Assembly (NCBI GenBank): GCA_039096225.1
Contig: JBBPEB010000029.1
Span: forward strand, 868,001 to 932,000
Reading direction: 5' to 3'
Source: Blastocystis sp. Blastoise
Taxonomy: Eukaryota; Protista; Bigyra: Opalinata
Length of the DNA: 64,000 nt
Positions 16,466-30,539 of the stretch are shown here, in pieces. Each line of letters begins with the position of its first letter. The first letter of the stretch is position 1. Below the pieces are notes generated by a model. The model was not told the DNA's origin. It ran no database searches and saw only the letters and a list, made by a program, of their open reading frames with translations. The position numbers and the translations under genes are program-made.

Positions 16466-17835
16466 TTACATATAACGAGCACTAGACATTTTATCTGGGT
16501 CATAATTTTGAACACTAGATTGAGTCATACCACTTGTTTCTAAGGATTCATTTCGTTCTTTCTCTTCTATATCCTCTTTAAATACTAATAATCTCTATAT
16601 ATAATATATATATATTTTTAAGAATATGTATATATATTAAATAGTTATATAAACATATAAATATTAATAATAATAGTTCTCTATGTATCTTTATTTATAT
16701 ATATAAATAAATATATACCTTCTTACGTTCTGGTTGTTCCATAACAACACGTGTTTTCATTGGATATTCAAATATTCGTTTCTTAAATATAAGCATACAT
16801 GCTAAATCAAAAATAGATGTGAATAAGAATAAACTAGAACCTAAAGGGCCTAAACTACTTGCCATGACTAATAATCCCCAAGGACTATAAAATATTCATG
16901 ATTATAATATATATATAATAGTTATATGCTATTTTATTATAGATGATATGATAAGATGTATTAAAGAAATTATTGAATTGAATAGTAAATAGAATAAAAA
17001 TTGAATAAATAGAATAAATAGAATAATAAAAGAATAATAGAATAAAAATAAAATAAATAAAATAAATAGAATAAAAATAAAATAAAAATAGAATAATAAA
17101 AGAATAAATAGAATAAAAATAGAATAAATAAAATAATTGAATAAAAATAAAATAAGCACAAAAACCATAATCATATTATTCATATATATACGCATTTCGG
17201 ACAGCATTTCTATAGGGTCCAGATATACGACCATCGTTTGTTAATATTTCCAACTTCATTAAACGTTTTCCTAAGGATCTAGTTTTTTCTTCAAATAATG
17301 AATCACGAATTAGCATGGATAATCCTAAATACATAGCTCCCATAACAAATCCTAAGCCGGGGTCATTCAATTCCAAAGTAGCTATTTGTGTAACAGCAGC
17401 ACCAACACCTAATTACATAAAAACATAAATAAAAATGCTTCTAGTGAATGATATTCATAAAAATAAAATACCTAAACTGATAGATGTATCAATTAGACCA
17501 GCAGTGAATCTTCTCCATAAAGGAGCATAAGGAATCACATTATCTAATGCATAAACAATTTCTAAAGTCTTTTTATTCTGATAATAAACTTTTCCATCTG
17601 CATTTTTCATTTGAATCCAAGTACGATCATATGCTAAAATAGATTTTTTAGGAGCTTGTGGAGTCGGTACTGCTTTTGTTTTTGTGTCTGATGTCTTTTT
17701 CTCTTCATTACTCACAACAGGTTTAACTTCCTCAGAAAAATAACGACGACAAGACTCACTAATGGAAGGAAACACTCTTACTACATTTCTTCCTGGCAAA
17801 ACATAGCGTATATTCGTAAGTAGAAGTCTTTGCAT
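16466..17835 (-). CDS. RDD-family membrane protein with a mitochondrial-type presequence and a WW-like segment; 3 introns
   Basis: Arg-rich N-terminus ending CRRYFS; WIQMKNADGKVYYQN; YAPLWRRFTAGLID; SLGKRLMKLEI; AVRN; KTRVV. Confidence 0.75.
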
Positions 17836-18513
17836 GTATCTGTTTCTATCTTTACAGGATTACTTTGAACAACAATCAACTTTGAAGATAGTTGTTCTTT
17901 TTTTAATTTTTTTTCCAAAAACAAAGCTTATGAAAATCGCGGGAATAAAAATATTAAAAGCGAATAATACTATAAAACAACGGTTTTTAAAAATTATGTT
18001 TTTTACATTATACAAGGTTCTAAAGTTAACTAGAGAGCTTCAAATGCAATTAAATATTCGAAACAGATGTAATGAGAAAGCATCTACAAAATAGTTTAAT
18101 TTACTGTGTTTCAGAATTCAAAAATTCTATAATTTGTATTTGGTTGATCATATATTGATAATATTCTGACTTCTCTAAAACTTATCTATCTAAAAAATAT
18201 CTTTAAAAAGCAAAAGTATTTGTTTATGAGTGAATGAAACCATCATCAAATACAGTTCATTCTTTATGTCAATGCATTCTTCACCTTATTTACTATTATT
18301 TATTCGAAATCAAATACGAATGAGATACTCATAATAGAAAATACTATTGAAAAATGTTAAAAATACAGAAAAAATTAACGAGAAAAATGAAACGACTACG
18401 AGTTTAAAATGAAAAAGAAACATGGAAAAATCAAAAGTGACATTTCATTGAACAGATATATTCTGTTGATTTCTCTGGAGATAGAGTATTCATTTTTCTT
18501 CAGTATCTAACAA

Positions 18514-20102
18514 ATGGCTTCTAATTGGGATGATTGGGATGACCAATCTCAAAAGACTTCAAACTCTGATGACTTTTTTGACGATTGGACCTCTGGCTCT
18601 AACAAAGCCAGAAAACCTACTCGTAAACAAAGTTTTACTGATACTTGGGGTGATGATGATTCTAATGATGCGTCCAAGAACAGCAATTCTTTAGATGATT
18701 GGGATGAACAACCAAAGAAAACTACGAAGAAAGCCGATGTTTTTGAAGATGACTGGGATTCTCCTTCTCAACATGTTAATGAACCAACTTTTGAAGATGA
18801 CTGGGATACTCCTACTCAACCAAAGAAACAACAACCTAAAGGTAATTTTTAAAAAAAATATATATATATATATTTTTATAGATGATTTTGATGATGAGCC
18901 AGTGAAGAGATCTCCTAAGACAAGTATATACTATTATAAAATATTATTGCCAACCTAATTATTACTTTTCTTTTTTATAATAATAATTATTCAATGAATA
19001 ACAATAGCATCTCCTGCAACAAAATCCTCTCCAACAGCCCATACTGTACGTAAAGTGAGTAGAATTCAAGCTAAGACTACAGGTATATTTATTTATGTGT
19101 TTTTATTATTATGTTTTAGTATTATTTGTATTTTTTTATTTATTTTATTTATTTTATTTTATTTGAAAGAATCACAATTTGTCGTGTTTTTCAATAAATT
19201 TTTCTCGTTTTTTTGTGCTATTATTTTTCGTTTTTCTTTTTTAGTAATTTTATTTCCAATGAATAATTTTTGTATCTATTTTATTTCTATGCTTTAAGAC
19301 TTCTTTTCATTTTATATTACAAATTTTTGTCGTGTTTGAATATAGAATATTAGAATATGAATTCATGATTTTATATACTATCTATAGAGACTGTAAAGAA
19401 ACCAAAACCTACTCTTGCTGAAATGGAAACAGTATATATTTTTTTTATGTTGTTCTATATAATAATGAGTAATAATTATATATAAATCTATAGCAAAAGT
19501 ACAATATTCGTTCTAAAAAGGGTCGTATCACTCATAAAGAAGGTGAGGAAGACATTCAAACTCATGATCAAGATGCTTCTAGAAGTTCGAAGAAGCCTGC
19601 TGCACGTGACGATTGGAGTGATGGTGATGACGATGCATTTGTCACCACTAAAAAGCCTGTGACTTCCATGAATACAAACGATTTATTTGATGATGATTGG
19701 TCTCAACCCTCTCAAACTGCTTCCAATTCCCGCGGGACTAAGAAGATTTCTCCAAATTCTCATAAATCTGCTGTTAAAGAAGATAGTGACGATAGTTGGG
19801 ACACAAAGAGTGATAACGACGATTTTGATTGGGACAAAGAAGTGACACACAAACCCGTATCGGAACAGAGTACAACAAATGATGAATGGAATACAAATAG
19901 CTCTTCTTATTATAATAATAATAATAATAATAATACTTCTCGTAAGAATAAAGTAGGTTTAATGGATGTATTCTCAAAAACTATTGAAAATCCCGCGGAT
20001 ATTAAGAGAAATCTTTATAGTATGATTTCAGAGACTTTTTATTTATTATATATATTCATGATTATTTATTGTTGTTATTCTTTAATTTATATGAATTGAA
20101 CT

Positions 20103-20133
<31 letters not shown>

Positions 20134-21085
20134 GCTGCTGGTAAAGTCTTATTTGATTCAAAAGATGGTTTATTCACGGGACTGAGTAATTGGGTTAGTA
20201 ATGCTGTTCAAAGTATATCGACTGAGGGACCTCTCATGATTCATGGACAACCTTATGCTATTAAGGTATATATATATATAGTAGGAGAAGGAGTATTATA
20301 GTGATTAGTATTATTATCATTATTATGTATATTATCATTGTTACGTATATTGATTGTATTTTTTATTGAGTAGTATTATTATATTTATTATATTTTATTA
20401 TATTTATTATATTTATTATATATCTTTACATATAAATATATATAGAAGAAGTTAGGTGAAGGTGGTTTTGGTAGTGTTTATTTAGTGTATAAACATACTG
20501 AAAATGATTTCAGCTTTAATATGAATGAGAATAAAGAGTATTTCGCTTTGAAAAAGATGATTGGTAGTAATCAAGAGACAATTCGTGATATTGAAAAAGA
20601 AATTAAAGTATTAAAAGATTGTAAACATCCTAATATTCTTCCACTTATTGATTGTGATAAACAGGTCAATCAAGATGGTATTCCTGAATATTATTTATTG
20701 ACTCCTTATTATGCTAATGATACTGTTTGGAGTATTATTGAGTATTATAATAAAGAATATACAAAGATTTGGCCATTCACAGAAAAACGATGTCTTACTA
20801 TTTTCAAAGATATTTGCTTAGCTACTCAAGTATATATATATATATATATATATATGATCATTTAGTATGGTTTTTTATTCATATAATTATATATAATTAT
20901 ATATATATAGCATATGCACGCAAAGGGTTGGTGTCATAGAGATATAAAGCCTCATAACGTGATGTTATATAATGATGAGAAAGGAAGGGAACGCGCTGTT
21001 TTAATTGACTTAGGAAGTGCTCAGCCGATTCACATTGAAGTGAAAGATAGAAGAGAAGCTAATGATCTTAAAGTATTATTATTAA

Positions 21086-21167
<82 letters not shown>

Positions 21168-21173
21168 GTTATT

Positions 21174-21266
<93 letters not shown>

Positions 21267-21372
21267 ATATTATATAGGAGAAATGTGAGAAGTATTGTAG
21301 TGCTGCATATCGTGCTCCGGAATTATATGATCCCATGAAGGGCATGGTCTTGATATATATATAATACATCTA

Positions 21373-21403
<31 letters not shown>

Positions 21404-21853
21404 CTAACATATCTAACATATCTAACATATCTAATATATCTAATATATATATATAGTGGATGGTTGTGTTGATATATGGTCTCTCGGGTGTACCCTCTAT
21501 GCTATGGCCTTTGGTATGTCACCTTTTGAATCACCTATCGAAGGTATATATATATATATATATACTTATTATTATTATATTACTTTCTCTATTATTTATA
21601 TCTCTTTATATTATATATTACCTCTATACATACATATATTAACTATTCTATATATATATATATAGGTGTAATGACTCTTGCTATATTAGATGGTAAAGTA
21701 ACTTTCCCTGCTAATAATACTTATCATTGTTGTACTTATTCTAAACCATTCTGTAAGTTTATTAAAATGATGTTAAATCCAGAATATAAAGAAAGAATTG
21801 ATATTGAAGATATTCTTGAAAAAACTGATTTACTTCTAGAACGATGCAATTAA
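18514..21853 (+). CDS. STK16/NAK-family Ser/Thr kinase with a long acidic Trp-motif N-terminal extension; 10 introns
   Basis: LGEGGFGSVYLV, FALKKM, HPNILPLID, HRDIKPHNVML, LIDLGSA, CSAAYRAPELY, VDIWSLGCTLYAMAFGMSPFE. Confidence 0.85.
21075..21261. repeat. (TTA)n microsatellite, intronic (kinase)
   Basis: Near-perfect trinucleotide run. Confidence 0.95.
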
Positions 21854-22685
21854 ATAGATTTCTTATTCATACTATTATTTTTTTTTCTATAATACTTATA
21901 TACAAGATTTGTTTAAATGTATATATATATTATTACTCTATAACATATAGAATTCTATTTTCATTTTGTGTGTCTACATTATTAAAATCAAATTTGTTCT
22001 TTTTTTATTGGTTTTTCTCACTATTATTATTTGTTTTTCTTTTTTTACATTATAATACTTGAATGACATTCAATTTGTTTATATATATATATTGTTTGTT
22101 TTTCATTTCTTTCATAGTACTATCATCTTTTTTATATTATCTCTGTTTTGTTCGTTCTAGATCAAATATATTGTTTTCAACATAGTATTATTGAAAAACA
22201 AGAGAATATTATCAATTTAAAAGTTTACTTTTTATTTATAATATTTAAATCATAGATGATGAGAATTAGCGAAGATTTTCCAGATTATAAGCTAATTACT
22301 CTCCTTTCTATAGTTTTAGTCAAATAAGGTTATGTGCATAGTCCTTAGATTATTTATATTATTAACTATACATGTTCATGAAGAAAAGTAACCAAATAGA
22401 ATGATAGTAAGTAAATACTTTCATAGAAACGTTTCCATAATAATAGATTCATATATATGAGATGAGTCGATTATATAATAATAAAGATTTTGAAGTATAA
22501 ATAAATAAATCAAAAGAAAAGGAAAGATTCTTTTTTATGAAAATAAAATCAGAAAGAATCAGAAAACGAATGACGCACAATTCCAGATCGGACAACAAAT
22601 AAAAAAATCAAAGGATTCAACCAAATTTTGTGTTGGTTTGCTTTACCCTGAAAGCTTAGTTGATTTATTTTGTTGTAGATAATAT

Positions 22686-25114
22686 ATGGCTGATAGAAAG
22701 GAGTTAAATATAAGAAAATATACTGTTGTACCTAACATTCATTTGAATGAAGTTCGTATGATTGAGGTTCCTCACATGAAAGATCGTGTCGTCATTACCG
22801 ATCAAAACCGTGATGATCCTCACCTCGTTAATAAGAGAATGTTTACTGGACCAGAAGGAACCAGTTACTATAACGATTATCAAACTGATTATTCTTGTAT
22901 TCTTGCTGATATTGTCCGAAAACCTAATGATAAGCCTTATATTACTGCATATGTGAGAGGTGGTCCTCGTTCTAAGCTTTGGTTCAATCCTAAGAAATCC
23001 AACGCTGTCATTGTTACTTGTGGTGGTTTATGTCCTGGTTTAAATAATGTCATTCGTGAAGTTACTTGTTCTTTGTATGTTTTATAATGTAATTAAGCAT
23101 TTTTGGCTTATTATACTATTTAAAATTTTAATATTATTAATTATAATTTCTTATAGAATAGAAAATTATGGTGTTGAACATGTTTATGGTATTTATGAAG
23201 GTTATTCTGGTTTTGAAAAAGCTCTTAGTGACCCTAGTTATATGGTTGATTTAACATTACAATTCATTGCTACTATTCACCATGAAGGTGGGTCTATTTT
23301 AAAGTCATCTAGGTATATGTTTTTTGTATTTATTATATTTATATTTATTATATTTATATTTATTATTAATAATATATACATTATATATATAATATATCCT
23401 ACCTATTTTTATTAATAAATAGAGGTGGTTTTAATGCTGATAAGATTATAGAATGGTGCTTAAAGTATAATGTAAATATGATATATGTTATTGGTGGTGA
23501 TGGTACTCATAGAGGAGCTACAGTTCTTTTCGAAGAAATTGAAAAACGAGTATGTTTATGTTTCTTTTTTCTTTCTTTTTTTTTTTTTTTTTTTTTAATT
23601 ATTCAATTTATTTTATATTTATTATGTTTTGAATGTTATTTAATTATTATTTATGATTATGTTATAATTTAGAATTGTTCTTAACACTATATATATATAG
23701 AATTTGAACATAGCTGTTGCCGGTATTCCAAAGACCATTGATAATGATATCGCTATGGTCGATCGATCTTTCGGTTTTGATACTGCTGTTCAGGAGTCCC
23801 TTCATGCTATTCATAGTGCTTGGGTTGAAGCTACTTGTGCTCCTAATGGCATTGGACTTGTCAAATTGATGGGTAGAGATGCTGGTTTTATTGCAGGTAT
23901 ATAATATAATTATTACTATATATATTAGTATGGCTATGTTTATGTGATTATTATATTTATTAACTATTGATGAAATTAACTTACTATTATTTATACAGCA
24001 TTCGCTACTATTTCTTCTCACGATGTCGACTTATGTCTTATTCCTGAAGTATATTATATATATTATATTTATTGTTATTATATTTCTTATTATTATATTT
24101 ATTATATTTATATATAGGTACCAGTAGTATTTGATGATCCTGAATTCCCTGAATATAGTATAATTCCTTATATTGAGTCTATTCTTAAACTGAAAAAACA
24201 CTGTGTTATTGTTGTTTCTGAAGGAGTTCAAATTCAAGGCGTTCAAGGAAGTGTATATAGATTATTTTTATTATTATATTTATTATGTTTATTATTATGT
24301 TTATTATTATGTTTATTATTATGTTTATTATTATGTTTATTATTATTATTATATTATTATTATTATGTTTTATTATTATTATTATGTTTATTATGTTTAT
24401 TATGTTTACTATTATTATAAAAATGAGTTCAAGTTACTAATATAATTAGTATTAGCATGTATAAAATGATCTGATCTATTATTATTATTATATTATATTA
24501 TACTATATATATTATATATGATTCTGTAGGGTACTGATGAATCAGGTAATAAGAGATATGCTGATGTAGGTAAATTCCTTAAGGATTATTTAACAAGTAC
24601 ATTTGCTGAAAGAGGTAACCCTGTGTCTGTTAAATATATTGATCCTTCTTATATGATTCGAACGTATATATATATATATTCTTATTCATCTTATTCTTCA
24701 TTTTTATTATATTATAACTCTATATATGATTATATATATAGTACTCCTGCTAATGCCTTTGATAGTCAGCAATGTCTGATTTTGGCTGAAAATGTTGTTC
24801 ATGGTGTTATGGCTGGTATATATATCATTATATATATATATATATAATTCTATTCATATTACTCTTTAGGTTATACGGGTTTTACTGTTGGTTTATGTAA
24901 TAATAGAACTGTATATATACCTATTGAAATGTTAACTGATAATTCTCCTCGTTATCTCTATCCTTTTGGAAGAACCTATGAACGTGTTGTAAATATTACA
25001 AATCAACCTGATTTCAGCCAATATATGAAGATTCAGATGGATAGAAAAGCCAAACTCGCTGCTGAAAAAGTAGATGAAAAACCTGCTGAAAAAGTAGATG
25101 AACCTAAAGCTTAA
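22686..25114 (+). CDS. PFK: 6-phosphofructokinase, group X type, probably ATP-dependent; 8 introns
   Basis: [31 protein letters not shown] (Gly at the ATP/PPi-discriminating site), [30 protein letters not shown]. Confidence 0.95.
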
Positions 25115-25940
25115 AGAGAAGAATAACAATTATATTTCTTAATGAATATATTTATATTTTCTTTATTTCTTATAAATTATATTTATTTGTTGCATTACTG
25201 TACTATATGAATATATATTTTGTTTTTAATGTTGTTTCAAACATTCCTTGTATATCTTTTGTTCAAATATCTTTGATTACTCTATGATTTATTATGGAAC
25301 AAAGAATAATATTCTATTATTCATATTTAACGGAAAAAACGATATTGAAACTAATATTTATTTTCATCATCACTAAGACTAATATATTAAATTCATTTAT
25401 ATAATTAGTACTACAAAAACAAACAAGAATCTCACTCATTTTCTATCCTAAAAAAGAAAATGTAAATTACTTTATGAAGCTCCCACAAAAATTGATCTAA
25501 TCCCATGAAGTGTATTCTTTTTAACTTTTATTCATCATTAAAAAATATATTCGCATAAAATCAACAACATAGATCCTTTTCATTTGATTTATTATTTATA
25601 GAAAAGAAAAACAATGATGACGCAACAGTGTATTGAATGACATATAAGTGTCATTCAGACATAACTTCGAAATTATTGGTTAATTAAACTATAGACTAAT
25701 CACAAAGTTAAATATGTATGACGCTATCATGTATCATTAACAGAAAAAGAAAACCGATAGTGATGAAAAATAATCGTGGAACTATTAGGGAAATTCCGTA
25801 AGAAAATCGAAAGTTTTACGATTACCCTTATTATGTCCCAATTATCTCAGCCTTTTATGTGGAACGAAGCAAATACACTCCAGATTGTTTTCTAGAAATC
25901 TCTTATTTAAGATTTATTGTTGCCTATAAAATTTATTACA

Positions 25941-27837
25941 ATGAGTACATTCAATTTAGAACAAGTGTATGTTTCTTTATTTATATTATAAAAATCTGTT
26001 TAGAATAGCTAATTTGACTGAAGAAGAAAAAGTCGGTTATAAGACTGTTTGTGATTGCCATCAAGAAGATGTCCTTAAGTCCTTAAAGAGCGAAGAAGGT
26101 ATTTTTTTTTATTTGTTGTCATTATTTTCATGATTCCTTCTTTTATGTTTAATTTTTTTTTGAAATATTATATTAATTATTTGTTCATAGCTGTCCATAC
26201 CTTCATTACTGAATGTCAAAATGTCAGTAAGACTTATCCTGGTGGATTAAAGGCTTATGTTGATAAATACTATACTTTGATTGATAACACAATGAAAGGT
26301 GTTAATCCTTTAAAGGGATATCGTCCTGAATTACCTGTTGGTAAGAATTTAGAATTTGGTACTCCTGAATTTATTGAAATGGAAAAGATTGGTTTAGAAG
26401 AACTTCAATATACTTGTTTTGTAATTGTTGCTGGTGGCTTAGGTGAACGTTTAGGATATCCTAGTATTAAAATTTCTTTACCTTCTGAAACTACTACAAA
26501 TACTAATTTCATTAATCTCCTTATTGAAAATATCAAACATATTACTGTATGCGATGTTTTTATATATTTTATTATGTTTATTTATTTTATGTTTATATTA
26601 TTTATATTATGTTTATTATTATGTTTATTATTATTATTATTATTATATAGGAGAAATATGGAAAGAATATTCCTCTTGCTATTATGACTTCCAATCAAAC
26701 CTATGAACCTACAGTAGAATTATTAGAAAGTCATAATTATTATGGTATGAAAAAGGAGAATGTATCTATTATGAAACAAGATAATGTCCCTGCTATTAAG
26801 GATAAAGAAGGTCACGTGGCTGTTACTGATGACGGACATATCGTCACTAAACCTCATGGTCATGGTGATGTCCATCTTTTACTTAATCAATGGAATCTCC
26901 CTCAGAAATGGGTAGATAATGGAATGAAATGGGTTGTGTTCTGTCAAGATACGAATGGTCCCGGTTTCCACTGTTTCCCCTCTTTAGTAGGTGTGTCACA
27001 AGCTCTTGATTTAGATTATAACTCTATGACTGTCCTTAGAAAACCAGGTGAAAAAGTATAGTTAATATATATTATATATATTAGAAATCTATTATAGATT
27101 CTTAACTATTATTCTATTCAGTTTATTGTTATCATTATTATTATTTTATAATTTTTATGATTATTATTATTTATATTGCCTATTTGTTTTCTTCTTTTAA
27201 TTATCTAATAATATATATATATGTATATGTATATAGGTAGGTGCTATATCCCATTTAGTGAATCCAGAGACGGGTGATAATTTCACTTGTAACATTGAAT
27301 ATAATCAATTAAATAGCGTTTTAAAGGACTCCGGAATGGGAGGAGATATTGCTGGACCCAATGGATATTCTAAGTATATATATATAATTATTATAAGAAG
27401 AAGAATATGTTATTGTTATATTATATTCTTAATTTATAATATTCTATAAAATAGTTAATAATAAAATTATCTTCTTTTTTTTCTATTCATGATATATTAT
27501 TAATTGATATAATATATATATATATAGTTATCCTGGTAATATTAACTTATTATGTATCCGTTTATCTACTTATGTTGATATCCTTAAGGCTTCTCAAGGC
27601 ATTGTACCTGAATTTATTAACCCTAAATTCGATAAAGTCAATCCTAGTTTATTCACTTCTCCTACTCGTCTTGAATGCATGATGCAAGATTTCCCTCGTT
27701 TATTAGCTGGTAGTAATCATAATAATGTTGGTTTTGTTTCTTTACCTCGTTGGTATTGTTTCAGTGCTGTTAAGAATGATATTACTAAGGCTGAAATTCA
27801 AGCTGCTGGTACTGGCTATCCTGAATCTGCTTATTCT

Positions 27838-27921
<84 letters not shown>

Positions 27922-28640
27922 AGAAGAAGATATGTATAGAATGTATCGTCATATTATCCGTTCTGCTGGCGTTAAGATCGATATGGACGAATCACGTGAT
28001 CAAGAACTCGTTGGATTTGATGGTCTCCCTCAAATGCCTATTACTGTTATTCATCCTTCTTGTGGTATATATAGACATTCTATTACATTATATATTATTG
28101 ATTCTATATTATTGATTATAGTTTTTACTATATTTATAATAATATAACTATATTATAATAATATAACTATATTTATAATAATATAACTATATTTATAATA
28201 ATATAACTATATTTATAATAATATAATTACATTTATTATACATATAGGTGTAACTGCTGCTCAACTTCAAAGCCATTTTGGAAAGAATGTTGAAATTTCA
28301 AAGAAATCATGTGTTGTCTTTGATGCTCCTGATGTTTATGTTGAAAACTTCAAATTTGATGGTTATGTTGTTATTAAAGGCGTCAAAGGTGCTAAAATTA
28401 CCTTAAAGGATGGTGAAATTAAGAATGCTGGTGCTATTTTCAGAACTATTAAAGAAGAAGAAAAGTCTTCTCTTCCTCTTGGAGTCGTTATTAGAAAGTA
28501 TATTTCTTTAGTTACTTTTTTTTCTAATATTTAATCATTTTAATAATAAATATTATTATGTATATAGTTATGTATTAGAATCTAAGGAATGCCGTGAAAT
28601 TATCTGCAATGAACCCGGTGATTATGTTTTCTCCAATTAA
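25941..28640 (+). CDS. USP: UDP-sugar pyrophosphorylase; 8 introns
   Basis: YPGGLKAY, VAGGLGERLGYPSIK, TKPHGHGDVH, CQDTN, NIEYNQL, YPGNIN, VPEFINPK, PTRLECMMQDFP. Confidence 0.93.
27839..27920 (+). repeat. Intron consisting solely of GT(AT)39AG
   Basis: Read directly from the sequence; flanking USP exons join in frame (SAYSG|EEDMY). Confidence 0.9.
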
Positions 28641-29102
28641 ATATATTATTAAACTTTCTTTTTATATCTATTAATTTTCATTTTCTTTACAATATTTTTT
28701 TGAATCTAATAAAAATGTTTTGTTCAAATTTAGAAATAATAAAATAAAATTGAAAATAAAAAATATTTCACTAAATAAATGATATTTTGGGTTTTGTATT
28801 TTTTTTTGAAAGGATTTAGAAGATGTATAAAATTCTAGAAAATGTCGTGTTGTAATATTTGTGTATCCTGTAGTGTATTTATATAATTATTATAGAAAAA
28901 TAAACGTTTTGTGATTGGGTAATGGTTTATTTTTTGTGGTTTTAAAGCTCTGCTATATATATTATATTTATATATGCTTATTCTGATAATACAAAACATC
29001 CTTTTTACATATATAATGGTTTTAAATCTATAAAATACTTAAACTATTGTTAATGTAAGGAGAATAATACTCAAATGACCTTGTTGAAATAAAATATCAA
29101 CA

Positions 29103-29176
29103 GCTCGCATAGCTCAGTCGGTCAGAGCACCGTGCTAATAACGCGGGGGTCGCCGGTTCGATCCCGGTTGTGAGCA
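29103..29176 (+). tRNA. tRNA-Ile(AAT)
   Basis: Acceptor stem GCTCGCA/TGTGAGC, D-arm TAGCTCAGTCGGTCAGAGC, anticodon arm CCGTG-CT-AAT-AA-CGCGG, T-loop GGTTCGATCC, T-run terminator downstream. Confidence 0.95.
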
Positions 29177-29741
29177 ATTCTTTTGTCAAAAATTTTTCTT
29201 TTGTTGATTTTTTAAAACAGTTTGTTAATCATATTTGGATAGGTATAACGAAACATAAGTTGTTCTTAAAGTCATCATTTAGTTTACATATATAAATTAG
29301 GCCTATTCTTGTTACGTTATTGACAGATTTGTTTTCATTTATTACAGATATATCGTCTAAATAGTTTTTGCTAATGCTATAAATATTGTCCAGATTCATA
29401 TATTGAAAAGAATTATGTTTTCTGATATATTTGTGTTCATTGGTTTTGAATTTTGGACATGATTCACTATAATAATATCTTATTTAATAGTAAATTTTGA
29501 TTTATTGACAACTGAATTATTAGAAAAAACCTTATTAATAATTATTAAAGAAATAATTGTCATAATTTCAATTTGTTTTCATCAAGTTATTAAAACAAAA
29601 CGACTTATTAATAACAATGAATAGCAAACAATAAAAAAATACATAATAATGATAATAAATAATATACTTACGAATCAAACCATATAAATAAATAAATGAA
29701 CAAAAACAAAGAGAGAATAGAAACTATTTAGATAATAAATT

Positions 29742-30505
29742 TTAAGATTGTTTGAAAAGCATTTCATCATAAGAAGGAAGAGGCCAAGCTTTAGATCCAA
29801 TAAGAGTTTCTAATCTATCTCCATGTTCACGAATACCATCAAATAAAGGTTTGATTTCATCTCTACAGAAAATAGATTGAGCTTCATAAATAGGTTTATT
29901 CTTTAATTCATTAAGAACTTTAGTAAGAACATCAATATTCTTAAGAGAGGCATTAAGAGATTCAGTAATACAAGCAACATGAGAGAGTTGAGGAGCTTTG
30001 TTAATTTCAGGAGCAGCAGCACCTAAAGAAATAATAGATCCACAGAGTTCAGTTTGAGATTTGAAAGCAGCAGGTATAATATAATCTTGAAGCATTTCTC
30101 TGTATAATTTAGCTTCTACAGTAATTTCTTTAGTATATTGATCCCATTGAATATTAGCACGAGATTGAACTTCTTCTTTAGTATAAATACCAAAAGAAGA
30201 GAATAACTTTTCATTCTTTTCAGAAGCAAAAGCAGCAATAGCTTCAGGAGTTTGTCTATTTTCAGGTAAACCTAATTCATGAGCTTTTTGTCTCCATTCT
30301 TCTGAGTAATTATTACCATTGAAAATAGCACGTTGATGTTTAATAAAAATATCTTGAATAACATGAGCTATAGCACTATTTGTATCCATTGTCACCTTTC
30401 TAGCTTCAATTTCATTAGCAATGTATCTATAGAAAATAGTTTTAGAATTCTTATTAATGTATATAATATATTATATAAAGAGGAGAAATATAATAATGAC
30501 AATAA

Positions 30506-30539
<34 letters not shown>

